A stretch of DNA of 64,000 bases, from contig NW_027191419.1 in NCBI RefSeq assembly GCF_041146345.1, positions 558,001 through 622,000 on the forward strand. The letters are read 5' to 3'. The notes below the pieces were generated by a model. That model did no database searches and was not told the origin of the DNA. It was given only the letters and a program-made list of their open reading frames with translations. Source of the stretch: Neodothiora populina. Its lineage: Eukaryota. Position numbers and translations under genes: made by a program. How positions within the stretch are numbered: position 1 is the stretch's first letter; each line of letters opens with the position of its first letter. Below are positions 14,301 through 26,900 of this stretch, piece by piece.

Positions 14301-15983
14301 GAGCATCTCCATCGAGTGACACTGAGGACACAATCACTCGAGCGTTTTGATACGATATTCTCATCCCTGCGGCGCCTGGCAATGTCGCGCCCAGCCAACA
14401 CTGAGTACTTTCTACAAACCTTCTTACGTCGACCACTCCACGAGGGCTGCGAGCGTTTCATCTTCCACAAAAAGAAGATGGTACGATTGAGCATCGCGCA
14501 ACTCCTTGTTGAGTCTTTACGCTTCTTGCGTACTCACGATCTTCGGAGATATGGACAGAATACAAATGGAGAGCTTTCGGAAGCTACAAACACGTGCGTA
14601 CAACTAGTGATGCGGGCCCATTCAATTCTGCTCGACCGCTTGCACTTTTCGCACACGAGGATTGGCTGGGCGGAATACTTCGATACTGCCATCGAGATAG
14701 CCTCCCTGGGACTGGCTGAAACCATCCTCGTCTTTGAAAAGAACTACCTCCTTTGGTCGCTTGAGATCCTCCACCTACGACTTAGCCCAGAGCTACAGAG
14801 CAAACATGCTGCAATCTGGCACCAGATGCAGAACAACCGGGTTTACCCTCTTCCCGTATTAGCTCAGACCGTGTGTAGTCTTTTGAATAGTCAGGTCGAT
14901 TTGAGACAGATTACAGTCACAACACCTAAGCCACTTATTGACGATGAAGCCGAGCTCATCAGAAATACTGGGAAGACCGGGTGCAACCTGCTGACAATCC
15001 GGGTCTTGGACGCTAGTGGAGATATCGAAGAGCACCTTGGCCCTGCCAGACTTGTCTCTCTTCTTACAGATTGCACTCGAGTTGACAAGTCTCTGATCGA
15101 GGGCGTTTGTAGGTCACTGCAACAAGGCTTGGGACGTGAAGGAAGCTATGGCAGCTACGTTGATGTCATTCGTTATTGCATTGCCCGGGGAAGGATGCCA
15201 CACGATCACTTATGTGCATTGGTCAAGGCAGTAGCTCATCTGGCTGACACGTTCGAGGATGCAGCCGAAACGATCTTGATTTTCATGAAGAGAGTCTATC
15301 CGGGGCAAGCCCTGCCAGTACTCCAGACATGCTACATTTGGGCAAACAAGCTTCTTGCATGCGACGACACCGATACGGAACGCGCCACTCTGCAATGGAT
15401 GGGGGCCCACATCTTCAGTAGTGATCCAATCACTAGTCCGCTGACTGAACAAGGATTGAAGCTAGACCATGTGCACGTCATGGCCATCAAGTCGCTAGCA
15501 GCGACGCTCATGCATACAGTACAAGAAGGACACGATCGCAATGGCGAGTATGCCAACTTTGAGAACGCCATAGACGCGTTGAAAAAATGTGCAGACTGGC
15601 TGGTGAGATTCAACGAAGCCGTGGAAGCGAAGCTGAGCCACGACGTAGGCTCACACGAGACACCCTCGGACCAGGCGTTGGAGAATATTATTGTAGATCT
15701 GCAAGAGGCCTCCAGCGACGCATTCGCTGTGCTCGAGCAGTGCCAGAATGTATGGGTTTGGTTGATGGACTGGTCCCACGGCGGCAACGGCATTGCAGCA
15801 GATGAATACAGGCCTCGCCGTATCATCAGAGACCTAGACGAGACATACTATGTTGATGAAGAGGAAGAGGAAGAAGAAGGGGAAGAAGAAGAAGATGAAG
15901 GCGCCAATTCATCGTCAGAAGTCGAGTCAGATCTGGAAGAAAATGCCAGAAATGTCGCAGACGGCAGTCCAGAGATAAACTGA
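8346..15983 (+). CDS. Large ubiquitin-specific protease (peptidase C19), USP24/USP34-like; 8 exons (8346-8842, 8970-11601, 11661-11919, 11971-12292, 12351-12659, 12714-13447, 13496-13562, 13616-15983)
   Basis: Cys box GLVNLQQTCYMNSLIQQLF, QDDAQIFF, His box VVVHDGTLQYGHYWSY, WFKFED and NAYVLYYER. Long helical N-terminus and acidic C-tail. All introns were checked for frame. The true start may lie upstream. Confidence 0.88.
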
Positions 15984-16158
15984 CCTGATCAATTGCAATC
16001 TGTCCCCGATCGACATCTGGCAGAAAGAGAATGACCTCCCTTTCTTCGGCGAATTTGGGAACATGGGGGTAAGTGGTGGGCAGGAGGGAGTGGGATACAG
16101 GCGTTTTCTCTTATCAAGGGCTCTTGCGACTACAATGCAGACAAGCAGGTAGCACACC

Positions 16159-16324
16159 CTTTTCTTTTCTTTTCTTTTCTTTTCTTTTCTTTTCTTTTCT
16201 TTTCTTTTCTTTTCTTTTCTTTTCTTTTCTTTTCTTTTCTTTTCTTTTCTTTTCTTTTCTTTTCTTTTCTTTTCTTTTCTTTTCTTTTCTTTTCTTTTCT
16301 TTTCTTTTCTTTCTTTCTTTCTTT
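16159..16324. repeat. Perfect (CTTTT)30 pentanucleotide microsatellite followed by (CTTT)4
   Basis: Read directly from the sequence; lies about 175 nt after the USP stop codon. Confidence 0.97.
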
Positions 16325-17838
16325 CTATAATGACCAACACATTTCACGAGACTGATGATGTTGCAATGAGGATAACGAAGAAGATCAATAATGGAATATG
16401 CATTTTTGACGGAGAAAGTGTGCTTTACGGTATAACTGACTCTCTCTGTTTTCTCATGTGCCTTTGTTTGTCATTCGAGTGGTGACTCCACGCCTTTCTC
16501 TTTCCCTTTGACGTATCCAAAGTGCCAGACCTATGTCCATATCCTTATAGCTCAAGAGACCCGAAAGACCACGATGAGAAAGCAACTAGACCATTAACAT
16601 ACGGTAGATCATACCCGGTATGTGGTGCAACTGTACGTATCGTCCGCGTTATGTAATACAGACAGGGTTACCCCACCTCCACTCGAGATTGAAAGGCAGA
16701 TAGATCCATCGATATGTCTCCGCTCGAATGTACACAAGATGAGCCGTCGAACATGAAGTTTCCACAGACAGGAATAATCCCCACAGTAATCACGTATCCA
16801 TAACTTATAGGACGAGTTAGTAAAAGGCAGAAAGAAAAAGCCAATAAGTAGAATCAACAATCATCGTCTTGACCAGTAGTAAGACTGCTTGCAGCACCTG
16901 AAATAGACTCAGTGCTTGGTACATGAACAAGGAAAGTGATCGCAGAAATCCATAGAAAGGCACAGGAGCTCAGAACGGCATAGAACGAGTTTCATTCCCT
17001 CTCGCTTGTCGTACCTCGTGTAAACAACACCTATGTAAGTAGCGACGTCTTGTCCCCTGGTTGTCTGGAACGGTCATATATCTGGTCTGCAAAAAAGAAC
17101 ACGGTATAGATCAATATTTGCTCGCTTTCTTCCCTGCCTATTCATCTCTACTCCACCGAGCGCTAGTCGGCGTACTTATTCTGACACCGCTGGCCCGTAA
17201 GGAAACTCGTTGTTTTAAGATGGGATGTACCGGTGCTTTTTAATAGGGTTTGAACTAAGAGGGATCTGTTTTGCACGCATACGCTGAATGACGAAGGATG
17301 GTACGACGGGTGCAGCCGAGGGAAGGAGCGACCGTGGGTTAAATACGCAAGAAACGTGATTGGGATGGTGGTCACTTGCCATCTGATATGAAAGACTTGC
17401 GCGGCGAAACGATTGGTGATTGACGATTGACGATGAGTGAGTAGATGTCAAGGGGAAAGAAGAAAAGCAAAGGACTAAAAGTTGGACAAAACTCCGATTG
17501 ATGCATGCTGGGTTTGTATTTGAATGGGTGGTATCTTTGCTGCGTCCGCTCGACTGTCTTCTACTTCTTCTTCTTCTCCTGCTGCTGCTGCTGCTTCTTC
17601 TTTTGTTGATAGTGTAGCAAGTGATGGTTTTCTGTTGACATATTTGAGGATCGATATAACGAGTGAAGCTTTTCCCGTACCGGATCTCAAATGTCTTGTA
17701 ACTTTGCTTGGTGCTTTATCGATGTGAGAAAAAAGGGAAGGACCGGCGAGAATGATGGTCCGGTAGTGCAAGCCCTGAATGCTTCCAATGCGTATCGCAG
17801 ACTTGGGTAACGGGTATACATAAAAGGGGGGGGGGGTA

Positions 17839-19589
17839 TCAAGGCCACCAGTTCATCCTCTTGTAGGACTCTATCACCGACTCCACCTCCGCTTTTGTCA
17901 ATCGCTCGTGTTCGTACCTGACAGTAATTTAGCATGCTGCGGCGAGGAGCAAGAGAGACACAAGATAACTTACTTGAAACCCACAGTCTTCTCGAACATG
18001 GTTCCATCAAGTGAAAGATCTGCATCTCTGAGCAATTCCTTCTCCATGAAGGGCGTCAAGGGAGAGCTTCCCGCCGCCTGAATACCCGCCTTCTCTTGCA
18101 GCTCCGCCCAAGGATCCAAAGTCTCATCGTTCACGTCATCGACCACGTGCTCCAAGTTCAGACGGGCAAAGGTGTTGATCAGAGTGCCTTGGAAGCCCGT
18201 TTCAATGCCAAAGACATCAGCAAAGATGCTGGCTATGGTGCCTTGATTGGTGTTGCCCTTGTCAACGATGTTGAAGACAGTCGTGCCGGGCACCGGGCCC
18301 TTGGTTGATGGTTTCAATGGCGAAAGAGGCGAAGTGGGTGAGGTGGGAGACATGGGAGATGTGGGAGAGGTAGGAGTCTCCGAAGCGGTAGTAGGAGGTC
18401 TACTGGAGGGATGTGCCGCCTTCCACTCTGCCGCAGCCCAGCAGGCCCTGACGACATCGTCGACATGTACAGTAGCAGTACGGAGATCACCTCCCCATAG
18501 CCACTTCAGCTCCTTGGCGATTTCCTGGTAGACACGAGCAAGAGCTAGCTGAGTGCCCATCCACTGTCCCGTGTAAGGACCGTAAACATGTGCCAGTCTG
18601 AGGACCACGAGGGGCAATCCAGGGATCTTGCTCAAGTCTTCCTCTGCAGCAAGTTTCCACTTGCTCTGCTTCATTGTCGGCTTGATTTTGTCTCCTTCTT
18701 TCCGCGGTGGATCCCGCTTCGCATCGTAGACACTTCCGGTGCTCAATTCGACGAACGCCTTGACACCTCGAGTTGCAGCTTCTCTTCCCACGTTCAGCGA
18801 GAGGTTGTAAGACCGAAGCTTGTATACCTCATCCTCCTGGGAGTTCCTCGTCTCGCCGCCGCAGTTGAAGACATAGTCGAACTTGGCATCGTCGGGAAGA
18901 TCAAAGATGCGCGACAATGATTGCGGCCTAGAGGCATCTGCCTGCATGAAGTTGGGACCACTGCAAGCTTCCTTGTGCTCAGGAGCCAGCTGAGCAAGCT
19001 CGGGAAGTTGCTTGTCAATCACGCGCAGCGTCGATGCCAGAGAATTAGAGTGAATGTGATGAGCAAGGAAGCGTCCGATATAGCCTGCAAAGTCGTGCCA
19101 CGGTCAGTCGAGCCAAGTTGCTGAGTGAATGTTCAGATAGACTGAGAATGTGCTTTGTGGGAACGGAGAACGGTGCGGGAGGGCAGTTTGATGCATTGCG
19201 ACGGCGACGATGGCGGCGACAACGACATGACAGTGATATGGTATAGAAAGTGCAATGCCATGTCAGGGAATTGACTCGCTTGCGACGGCAACATCCAAGA
19301 CCATGGACAGAGTGCGCGCCGCGTCGTGTGTTTGACCAGGTGTGTGAATCATGACATGTGAATCAGGATGCATCCACTCGATCCATACCAGGTTCAGCAA
19401 CATCGTCGACGGCAGGACATGATTAAGAGAGCGGGAACAACGTGTATACGTTGTGCACAGGCAACACACGGTAAGCTAGAAACGGGCTGGCGGATCAAAG
19501 AAAAAACATTGAAAGTCAAGCATACCAAGACCTCCAATGATCAGAACATTGGGCTTGCCCGAGGCCGTCGTTATGGCCGTGTCACTCAT
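17839..19589 (-). CDS. NAD-dependent epimerase/dehydratase (extended SDR); exons 19526-19589, 17974-19084, 17839-17917
   Basis: Spliced N-terminus VLIIGGLGYIGRFLA. Also YVFNCGGETR and VLRLAHVYGPY, with spliced C-terminus VIESYKRMNWWP*. The first intron is 441 nt. Confidence 0.9.
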
Positions 19590-20789
19590 ATCCTGCTATA
19601 TTTATGGAAAGGAATGCACTCAATGTGTGTAAAGGTATGTAAAGGGGTGGTGTGTGTGTACCGTTCTGTGCAAGCACCGAGCGGGCAGGGGGAAGGACAG
19701 ACAAGCGGGTGCGAGCGAGGGGTGAACAATTATTCTAGAAAGATAATCGAAGGCTAGAGAGATCTTCCAGCGCCCAGAGCAGGGTACCTTTTTCGTGGGC
19801 TACAGAGCAGAATGAACTGCGACACTAAATTTAAGTGAGTGCAGCGGTGTTTCTCTGCTTTATTGAGCCAAGGTTTATGCATGCTAGCCGTGATCGCCTG
19901 GAGTACGTGTTAGCTGCAGCAGTGCGCCGGCACATATGCTGTAGCTGTACGTCAACAGATGAAATGCACAGAATAGATGCATGAGGTATAACGACTCCCG
20001 GTTCACCCTGTGGAGCACTACCAGCAGCAGCAACAGCAGCCGTCACAGCGTGCAGATTATGTCCGATATAGTTCTACCGAACTCCGATTCCTTTGCCACT
20101 CGCAATCATTCGTGGTGGGCCTGATGATATTGAGGTGTCTGAAGGGATCACTGTATCTGACAACGAGAGTCCTATCTGCCGACCGAGGCGATCCTCTTGC
20201 TTTTAGATCGATCATGGCTGTACTGTGCATGTAATGTACAAATATGATATTGTATACTATCACAAAACATGCCCTGTCACAAAACAAAGCGCAGTATAAA
20301 TGTATTTGCCGAGAACCACATTTGCGGCATCTCCGCCGTCCCACGAGGTCGGCGGCCCGTTTCCTAATCTGGCCTCTGGCTCCGGCTTCGCCTCTGCATA
20401 AGCTATGTTGAATAAGGTGAACGTGAATTACGTACGACAACACTCTGTCTATAGTAGGCGAGGTACTGTCGAATGCATTGCTAGAAGCAGGCCAATGCGG
20501 TAAAAACACTGTACATGTATTACAAGTATACAACGTCAAGTCCAATCAGATAGATACTCATATATCTGAGCACATCGGCGACGGCTAGATCTTGTTTCAG
20601 GAGCCGAGCGTTGTTTCACGGCAAGCAGGCGAGCGCACTTCTCAGCGGTCACCAATGGCAGCAGTGTGGAGTGGGTGTAGATATGGTATGTTACAAGTAA
20701 TGGGCTAATGTCAGAAACAGAGGGAGACCAAGGTCCAAAGCAGATGGAAAAGCTAGACTCTACTAATACGCATGTCTCGTGGATTGTGG

Positions 20790-21961
20790 TCATGATATAA
20801 TCTCTTCGCAGCAAAGACACCTTATCTTGTCTGGTAGGCTCCGGGTATTTTTGGTGGTGAGCTTCTCATCATTCGTCGTAGAATCTCGTCCGTCCTTGAT
20901 GTCACTTTGCTCTTGCATTTCCAGTTTTGATTCCTCCGTAGCTACTGCTTCTCTCTTGCTCCCTGAGCCGTTGATATTGGATGCGCTTTTGTCTTCCTCG
21001 TCTCCCTTTGGTGTTGTAGTTGTCGCTTGCCTGTCGAGTACGCAGTGTGCGTGTAGCCAAGCTCCGCAGTGATTGCAATTGATGATCTGTTCAGTCGGAT
21101 TATGTGGCTCCTTGCAGGCGCAGATGCACCGCAGCTTCGACAAACGTCCGGTCGCCTTGTTGAGAGTCTGTCTCCAGAAATACTCGTCGGGATCTGGTAA
21201 AGGTGCTTCGTCGTCGGTGTGATCCCAGTACTTGATATTGAATGCTCCGCTGACCGTCGACGCTGACAATATCGCCATTTCGTTGCTTGGGATGAGTTCG
21301 TTCGGCGCGTGGTATTTCTCAGCTCCACCAGGCAGTTCGCTGGGTATCTCCAGCCAGACGACGCGTAGGTACACGTGAGCTCCATCTAAGCCACGGACCT
21401 CGAGCACTTGAGCTTTCCAGTGCGTGTCCGGATCAAAGATGGGATCCAGGCTGTCGTCGTGCTTGATGAACACGCAAGAGCCGACCTGATGTGTCTCGCC
21501 ATTGGGAAGGGTGACTAGACTGCTGTCAGCCAAGTTCAAGAGTCACACTGACGCGCCGTACATTTTTTGTATCGGGGTAGCCATTCCCATATGTCTTCTT
21601 GTTTGATGCGGTATCCGACCACCAAGTGATCTTTACCCCCGACATGCAACTGCTCTACAAGGTGCTTCAGCGCCTTCGTGCCTCTCTTCCTCTTCATGAC
21701 GGTCGCCGAGACGGGGAATATGGTGACATCGAATATATTGGTGACCTCTGGGTCCAGATCGCGCTCGTCCAGCCATTGTTCAACCTCGGCTGGATCCAGA
21801 GCTTCCAGTACTTCCGACTCTTGCGTCCGCTCTCGCGACTGGTCTCGGTCATGAGACGGGGTTGCGTCCTCCGTTAGACTTTGGCGCTCAGAGTTGTCCG
21901 TCTTCCGCCGCTTGTGCGCCGAGCTGTGCGTATCATCCTGTCTGAGAGAAGATTGGGGCAT
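20790..21961 (-). CDS. BAH-PHD domain protein (EBS/SHL-like; Neurospora EPR-1 / Fusarium BP1 type H3K27me reader); intron 21515-21561
   Basis: BAH: VGSCVFI...WKAQVLEVRG...HVYLRVVWLEIPSELP..YHAPNELIPSNEM...YFWRQT. PHD: CACKEPHNP..IINCNHCGAWLHAHC, with the last Cys pair (IRCLCC) displaced to the C-terminus. Splicing gives 374 aa. Confidence 0.85.
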
Positions 21962-23947
21962 GACGCAGATGATCGGATATGACCACGCTGGAGGGCTATG
22001 TGTACTTGCGTGTGCGATGATTGATCTGTATCATAGTTTCAAAGGTTGCTGCACAGGCGCGGCCAATGCTTTCGACGCGATTTTGTCTACCCCGAGACGT
22101 CGTGGCGCGTCTCCTTCTGTTTGCGGATCTTCCCCACACTTGAGAGAGATCGCCGCCAGCATTATCGCACATGCTTCTCCCTCTCCGTCTGCTCGCACCT
22201 ATAAGACAAAACAAGGAACTCCATTTTGACTTTCCAGAGAGCGGTAAGACTCCGAAGTGATTTACCCAGTCAATTCCCCTTTGGCTACCTTACTTGTACT
22301 TCAATTCCCGGACCGATGCTCCGAGCTGAATCAATATTGGAAAAGACATGACATGATCCAGCCAACTTGCCGCGCATCACCAAGTGTTCCGTGACCTACT
22401 TACGAACGCATACTGCGCCATACTTTTGTGGCGGAGCGCATGATTACCTCAAGCATGATATGTTTGCGTTATATACCTTATCCTCGTACGCGCAAGCACT
22501 TGGTTTTGCAGAGGCTTGGTGAAAGTGATGGGCACCGTCGCCTGGCCCCTACATCTCGCACGCCAACTAGCTTCTCGGATTTGCAGTGCAATGATGCAGG
22601 CTGACTCCCCCAACAAGAAGGACTTTCGGCTGTTCCCCGTCCATGAATCATGGGAGACATGTTGCCCAGCTGCCGGGGCAGAGCATGTGTTATGAAGCAT
22701 GCCAAGTCGACAGAAGACTCCAAGCTGAGGCAGTGTTCCATTAACGTCCGGGTCAGGTACCAAGTTATCTTGGTTTCTTACCCTAACCACGACATGTCGA
22801 CATCAGGATTACAAAGAGGAAAACCATCATGAATACATCCTTAATTGTTCCGCCAGCGTGGCTGTTGCGGTGGACTAGCAGAGCAGATGCAGGAAGGCGG
22901 CTCGTTAGCGTCAGCACTGAAGTCCTTGGCTTGCTCGATGGCTGAGCTGTGCAAGACGCCGACGAATGGGCAGATTGCGAGTAAAAAGGGCAACGGGTGT
23001 GACGGGTTGAGACAACAGTCTGAGATGAGGGCCACGTCCGCGAATCGTTTTCGACATGGACGTTGGATTAATCATAGTCATATACAGTGAAATTAATTGT
23101 CAAGGTATGGTACGTTCGTTGCATGTTGTTGAAAGCGGAGAGTACATTCGAGATAGATGTACAGTACACCCACTATACCTGGCCTAGGTACTACCTACTC
23201 ATTTCGTAGCCGCTTTCCGGCGCAGAGAACAGGTTGAATAATGGAATGGCTGGAGACTTTTGGTCTCTGATCCTTCCTCTCGTCCACGTCCGATCACAAG
23301 AGCAGTGGATGGGTTCAATGTCCCGTGTTAGCCCCGTCCCTAACGAAACATTGACCCAGACGGTTGACGCATCTGGCAACTTTACAGTTTATCTTGTCCG
23401 TTTAGTCTTTCTCCACAAATACTGGATGTTGTCATCGGTCTTTGGCACATGTGGATATTGCAGCCCCAGAGATCCGGACCCAAAAACCTTGGCCCGCCGC
23501 TCTCATCGAGAGGGCAGATTGTCTACGTAACGTACTTGTATAGTCTGTAGATCGTCTCTCTTCCACCGCAGGGTTTCTCTATCTTGTCCTCCAGTCTGTT
23601 GGCTTCTTCTATTCGCCGGTCGTATACCTGCTACTCCTTCATTCCTGTAAATAGTTACAATCCCTCTTCACTCGTTTGTGTGAAACTGTCCGGAGCACAT
23701 CACGCACCCGTCATCATCCGCCAGAGAGCGCTACCGCAGCATTCTCGTATCATTAATCATTTAGGCCATCCGCTAATAATATCTTTCTCGACATTGCACG
23801 GGTCCAGGAGTAGAACATCTCCCGCAGTCCAAGACTACAGTCTTCAACAACAACAACATCAACCTCCATCTTCATTCGAAGACGGTAGGGAAATTTCACA
23901 GAGCAACGCACTAGTTCAAGGAAAGCTGTGCGGAGATAGAGGCGAAG

Positions 23948-26900
23948 ATGCCCAGGTCGCGTGGTACGTTCGTTTCAACAGCCAAGGTATAATCTACGTA
24001 TTGAGCAACGCCCTTACATGCTTTTTGCAGTGTTGTCGTTCATGTCGGCATGGGGAGGTCCAAAACATCTCGGACAAGACCAGAACAGGTCTGTCTCTTC
24101 AGAATACCCTCCTTCATCTAAAAAAATCGCCATCGACACCTCGTCATCTTCAGCGTCAAACTCGCCGGCGTTGGACCAATCAGCGAAGGATTCCCCCTCC
24201 CCCTCAACCCAGCAGCGCTTCAGGTCAGACTCACGATCAGAGTCTCGCGCATCACGACCCATGTCAATGATTCAAACCTATCAGCCACCCCTGATGGACA
24301 TCGCTGGTGATACTCTGCCTGAACTGCAACCCATCTTCACTTTCCTCAACAGCCACTCAAATAAGTTGTATCAGGAGGGCTACTTCCTCAAGCTACACGA
24401 TCTGGACTCAAGTATGCGTTTATGCAATGTCTGATCTGCAGAGTGTACGCTAACCAATCTGCAGGAGGCCGACCGAGTGCAGACAGAGTATGGAACGAGT
24501 GTTTTGCCCAACTTGTCGGCACCGTGCTGTCTCTATGGGACGCTGCAGCCCTGGATGCAGCTGGCGAAGAGGGCGAGGTTGTACCCACTTTTGTCAATCT
24601 CGGAGATGCATCTATCAAAATGGTAAGAGTTACTGCGTCCGCCCGGCGACGAGCTCCTCTAGCGCGAATGATCTGATTTTTGAGACAGATTGAGTCTTTA
24701 CCCATGAATGGCTCCGCAGGCGGCACTCTCCAGAACGTCCTCAGCATATCGACTGCAGCCAACAACCGCTACCTGCTGCATTTCAACTCGTTGAACTCAC
24801 TCACTCAGTGGACGGCGGGCATCCGTCTTGCCATCTACGAGCACGCCACCCTCCAGGAGGCCTACACGGGCTCGCTCATTGCAGGTAAAGGAAGACTTCT
24901 CAACAACATCCGCGTCATTATGGAAAGGTCCAAATTCAAGAGCGAGGATTGGGCACGTGTACGCTTCGGTGCTGGCACGCCGTGGCGGCGCTGTTGGTGC
25001 GTCATCACGCCTCCTGATGAGAAGGAGTACCAGAAGGCCCAGAAGACGCTGAAGAAGCGCGATGCATACGATCGCAAGGTCGTCGTACCCAAGGGTGATA
25101 TCAAATTCTACGACACGCGCAAGGTAACGAAGAAGACGCGGCCCATCGCCACTATTTCCGAGGCCTACGCAGCCTACGCTATCTATCCCCAGTCGAAGCC
25201 GCTGATCGATCAGTCAACCCTGGTCAAGATCGAGGGACAAATCACGATCCATGCAAAGCCCGAGACTACAACCGAAGGTTTCGTTTTCGTCATGCCAGAA
25301 GTGCATCCTGCTGTGACCGGTTTCGAGATGATGCTGCGATTCCTCTTTCCGGTATTCGATACCTTTGCTCTTTATGGAAGACCGGGCCGCTTGATTGCCG
25401 AGACGCTCGACCAGCGCGGACTCATGTTTGCCATGCCACGAGATCGACGCTATGGTTATTTGGACATCCTTGATGTTTCTGGTCTGATCCACACAGAAGG
25501 CAGCCAGAACTGGACAGAACGACAGTGGAGATCAGAAATGAAGAAGCTCACATCACATCGTATGAACTCTGTGGATCTCAGAGCATCTCCACGCCGCAGC
25601 ACTTTGACAAGTCGAACTAGTCTGAATCTTGGCCGCAGCGGCGGGGTAAGATTTAGCGAAGATGGCGTGTCATCGTCGCCGACAACTCGCCGAGGCTCGC
25701 CAGTGTCGGTGAACGAGAACATCCAGTTCGCTCCTCCCAGAAGGACTGGAACCGCCCCTGCTCAGGCATCCAGTCCCTCTCGTGGTCATCAGCGCTCTTC
25801 ATCTGATGCAATCGGCTACAAGCGCTTCCAGTCAGAGACTCCTTCTCGCCTCGCTTACGAATCATACGGCATTCCCAACGAATACGACGAGTATCCTCCA
25901 GAGCCGCCACTACATGGTGGTGTTTATGGTGAGCAGAGGCCAACACACGGGCTCGAGCGCGTTTTGTCCGAGACAGAACCCTACGAAGAAACACCACCCA
26001 CGCAGAGTTTCGAAGAATTGAAGCTTCAGGCCGACTCGCCTCGCCTTGCCCCCGTACAGTCGCCGCCGCGATTCGAGCACACACCAAACTCTAAGCCTGC
26101 CAAGGTACCCCTTGCACCACAAGGCGCACTGCAACGAGCAAACTCTGCCATGGACGCAGCTACACTGCATCAACTCGCCGATGCAACGGGACACGCTCCC
26201 CAGATGGTCGAAGGGCAAATGGGCCACGGAAGAGACACGAGAGAGGTAGCTAATGTCGCCAATCATCATCATCCGAGAAAGCCCGCTGACGCCTCTGTTC
26301 TCAATGAAGGGATGGTAAACCGATACGCAGGTTCATCTGCATACAATGCACGCTTGACGACCATCCCCGCCTCGCCCTACAACCCCAATCCGCCCTATGG
26401 GAGCAGCGATCATGGCTCTCCACCACCAGTGCCAACGCATAGGGATGTCGAAACTCCCAGCAACGAAGCTCCATACAGCCCCGTCTTACAGTCGCCATCA
26501 AGCCACCGAAGCATCAGTCGTAAACCAGTACCATCACGAGTTTTGTCGCCTCATCCGGCAGAACAGTACGCTGCTCTGATCAATGATCCTCCTTCCCCCT
26601 CAGACACGGGAAGTCTGCGAGATGAATTGATGGACCATGCAGTCCTGCAAGAAATGCTGGCGCAAGCTTCCCTCCGCTCGCCAAGCCCAGTTCCAGAGGA
26701 TGATCCCATCATCGAAGACGACGAGTCAGTGGATTACTCTAGTGAGAAGGCCGTCTCTCCTCCACCAAAACCTGTCAATCGGCCACGAGCCGGAAAACTC
26801 AAGACCGTCGGCAACCCAGACCTTGTGCCGACGGAGCAGACAATGAGTGAGCTTGACCCAGCGCGGGCCAGTCCGGCGGAGAAGATCAATCCTTCTGAAT

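Noticed and set aside
15927..16347. ORFs encoding KEKKR or FSFLF repeats
   Set aside because: They are translations of the (CTTTT)n microsatellite.
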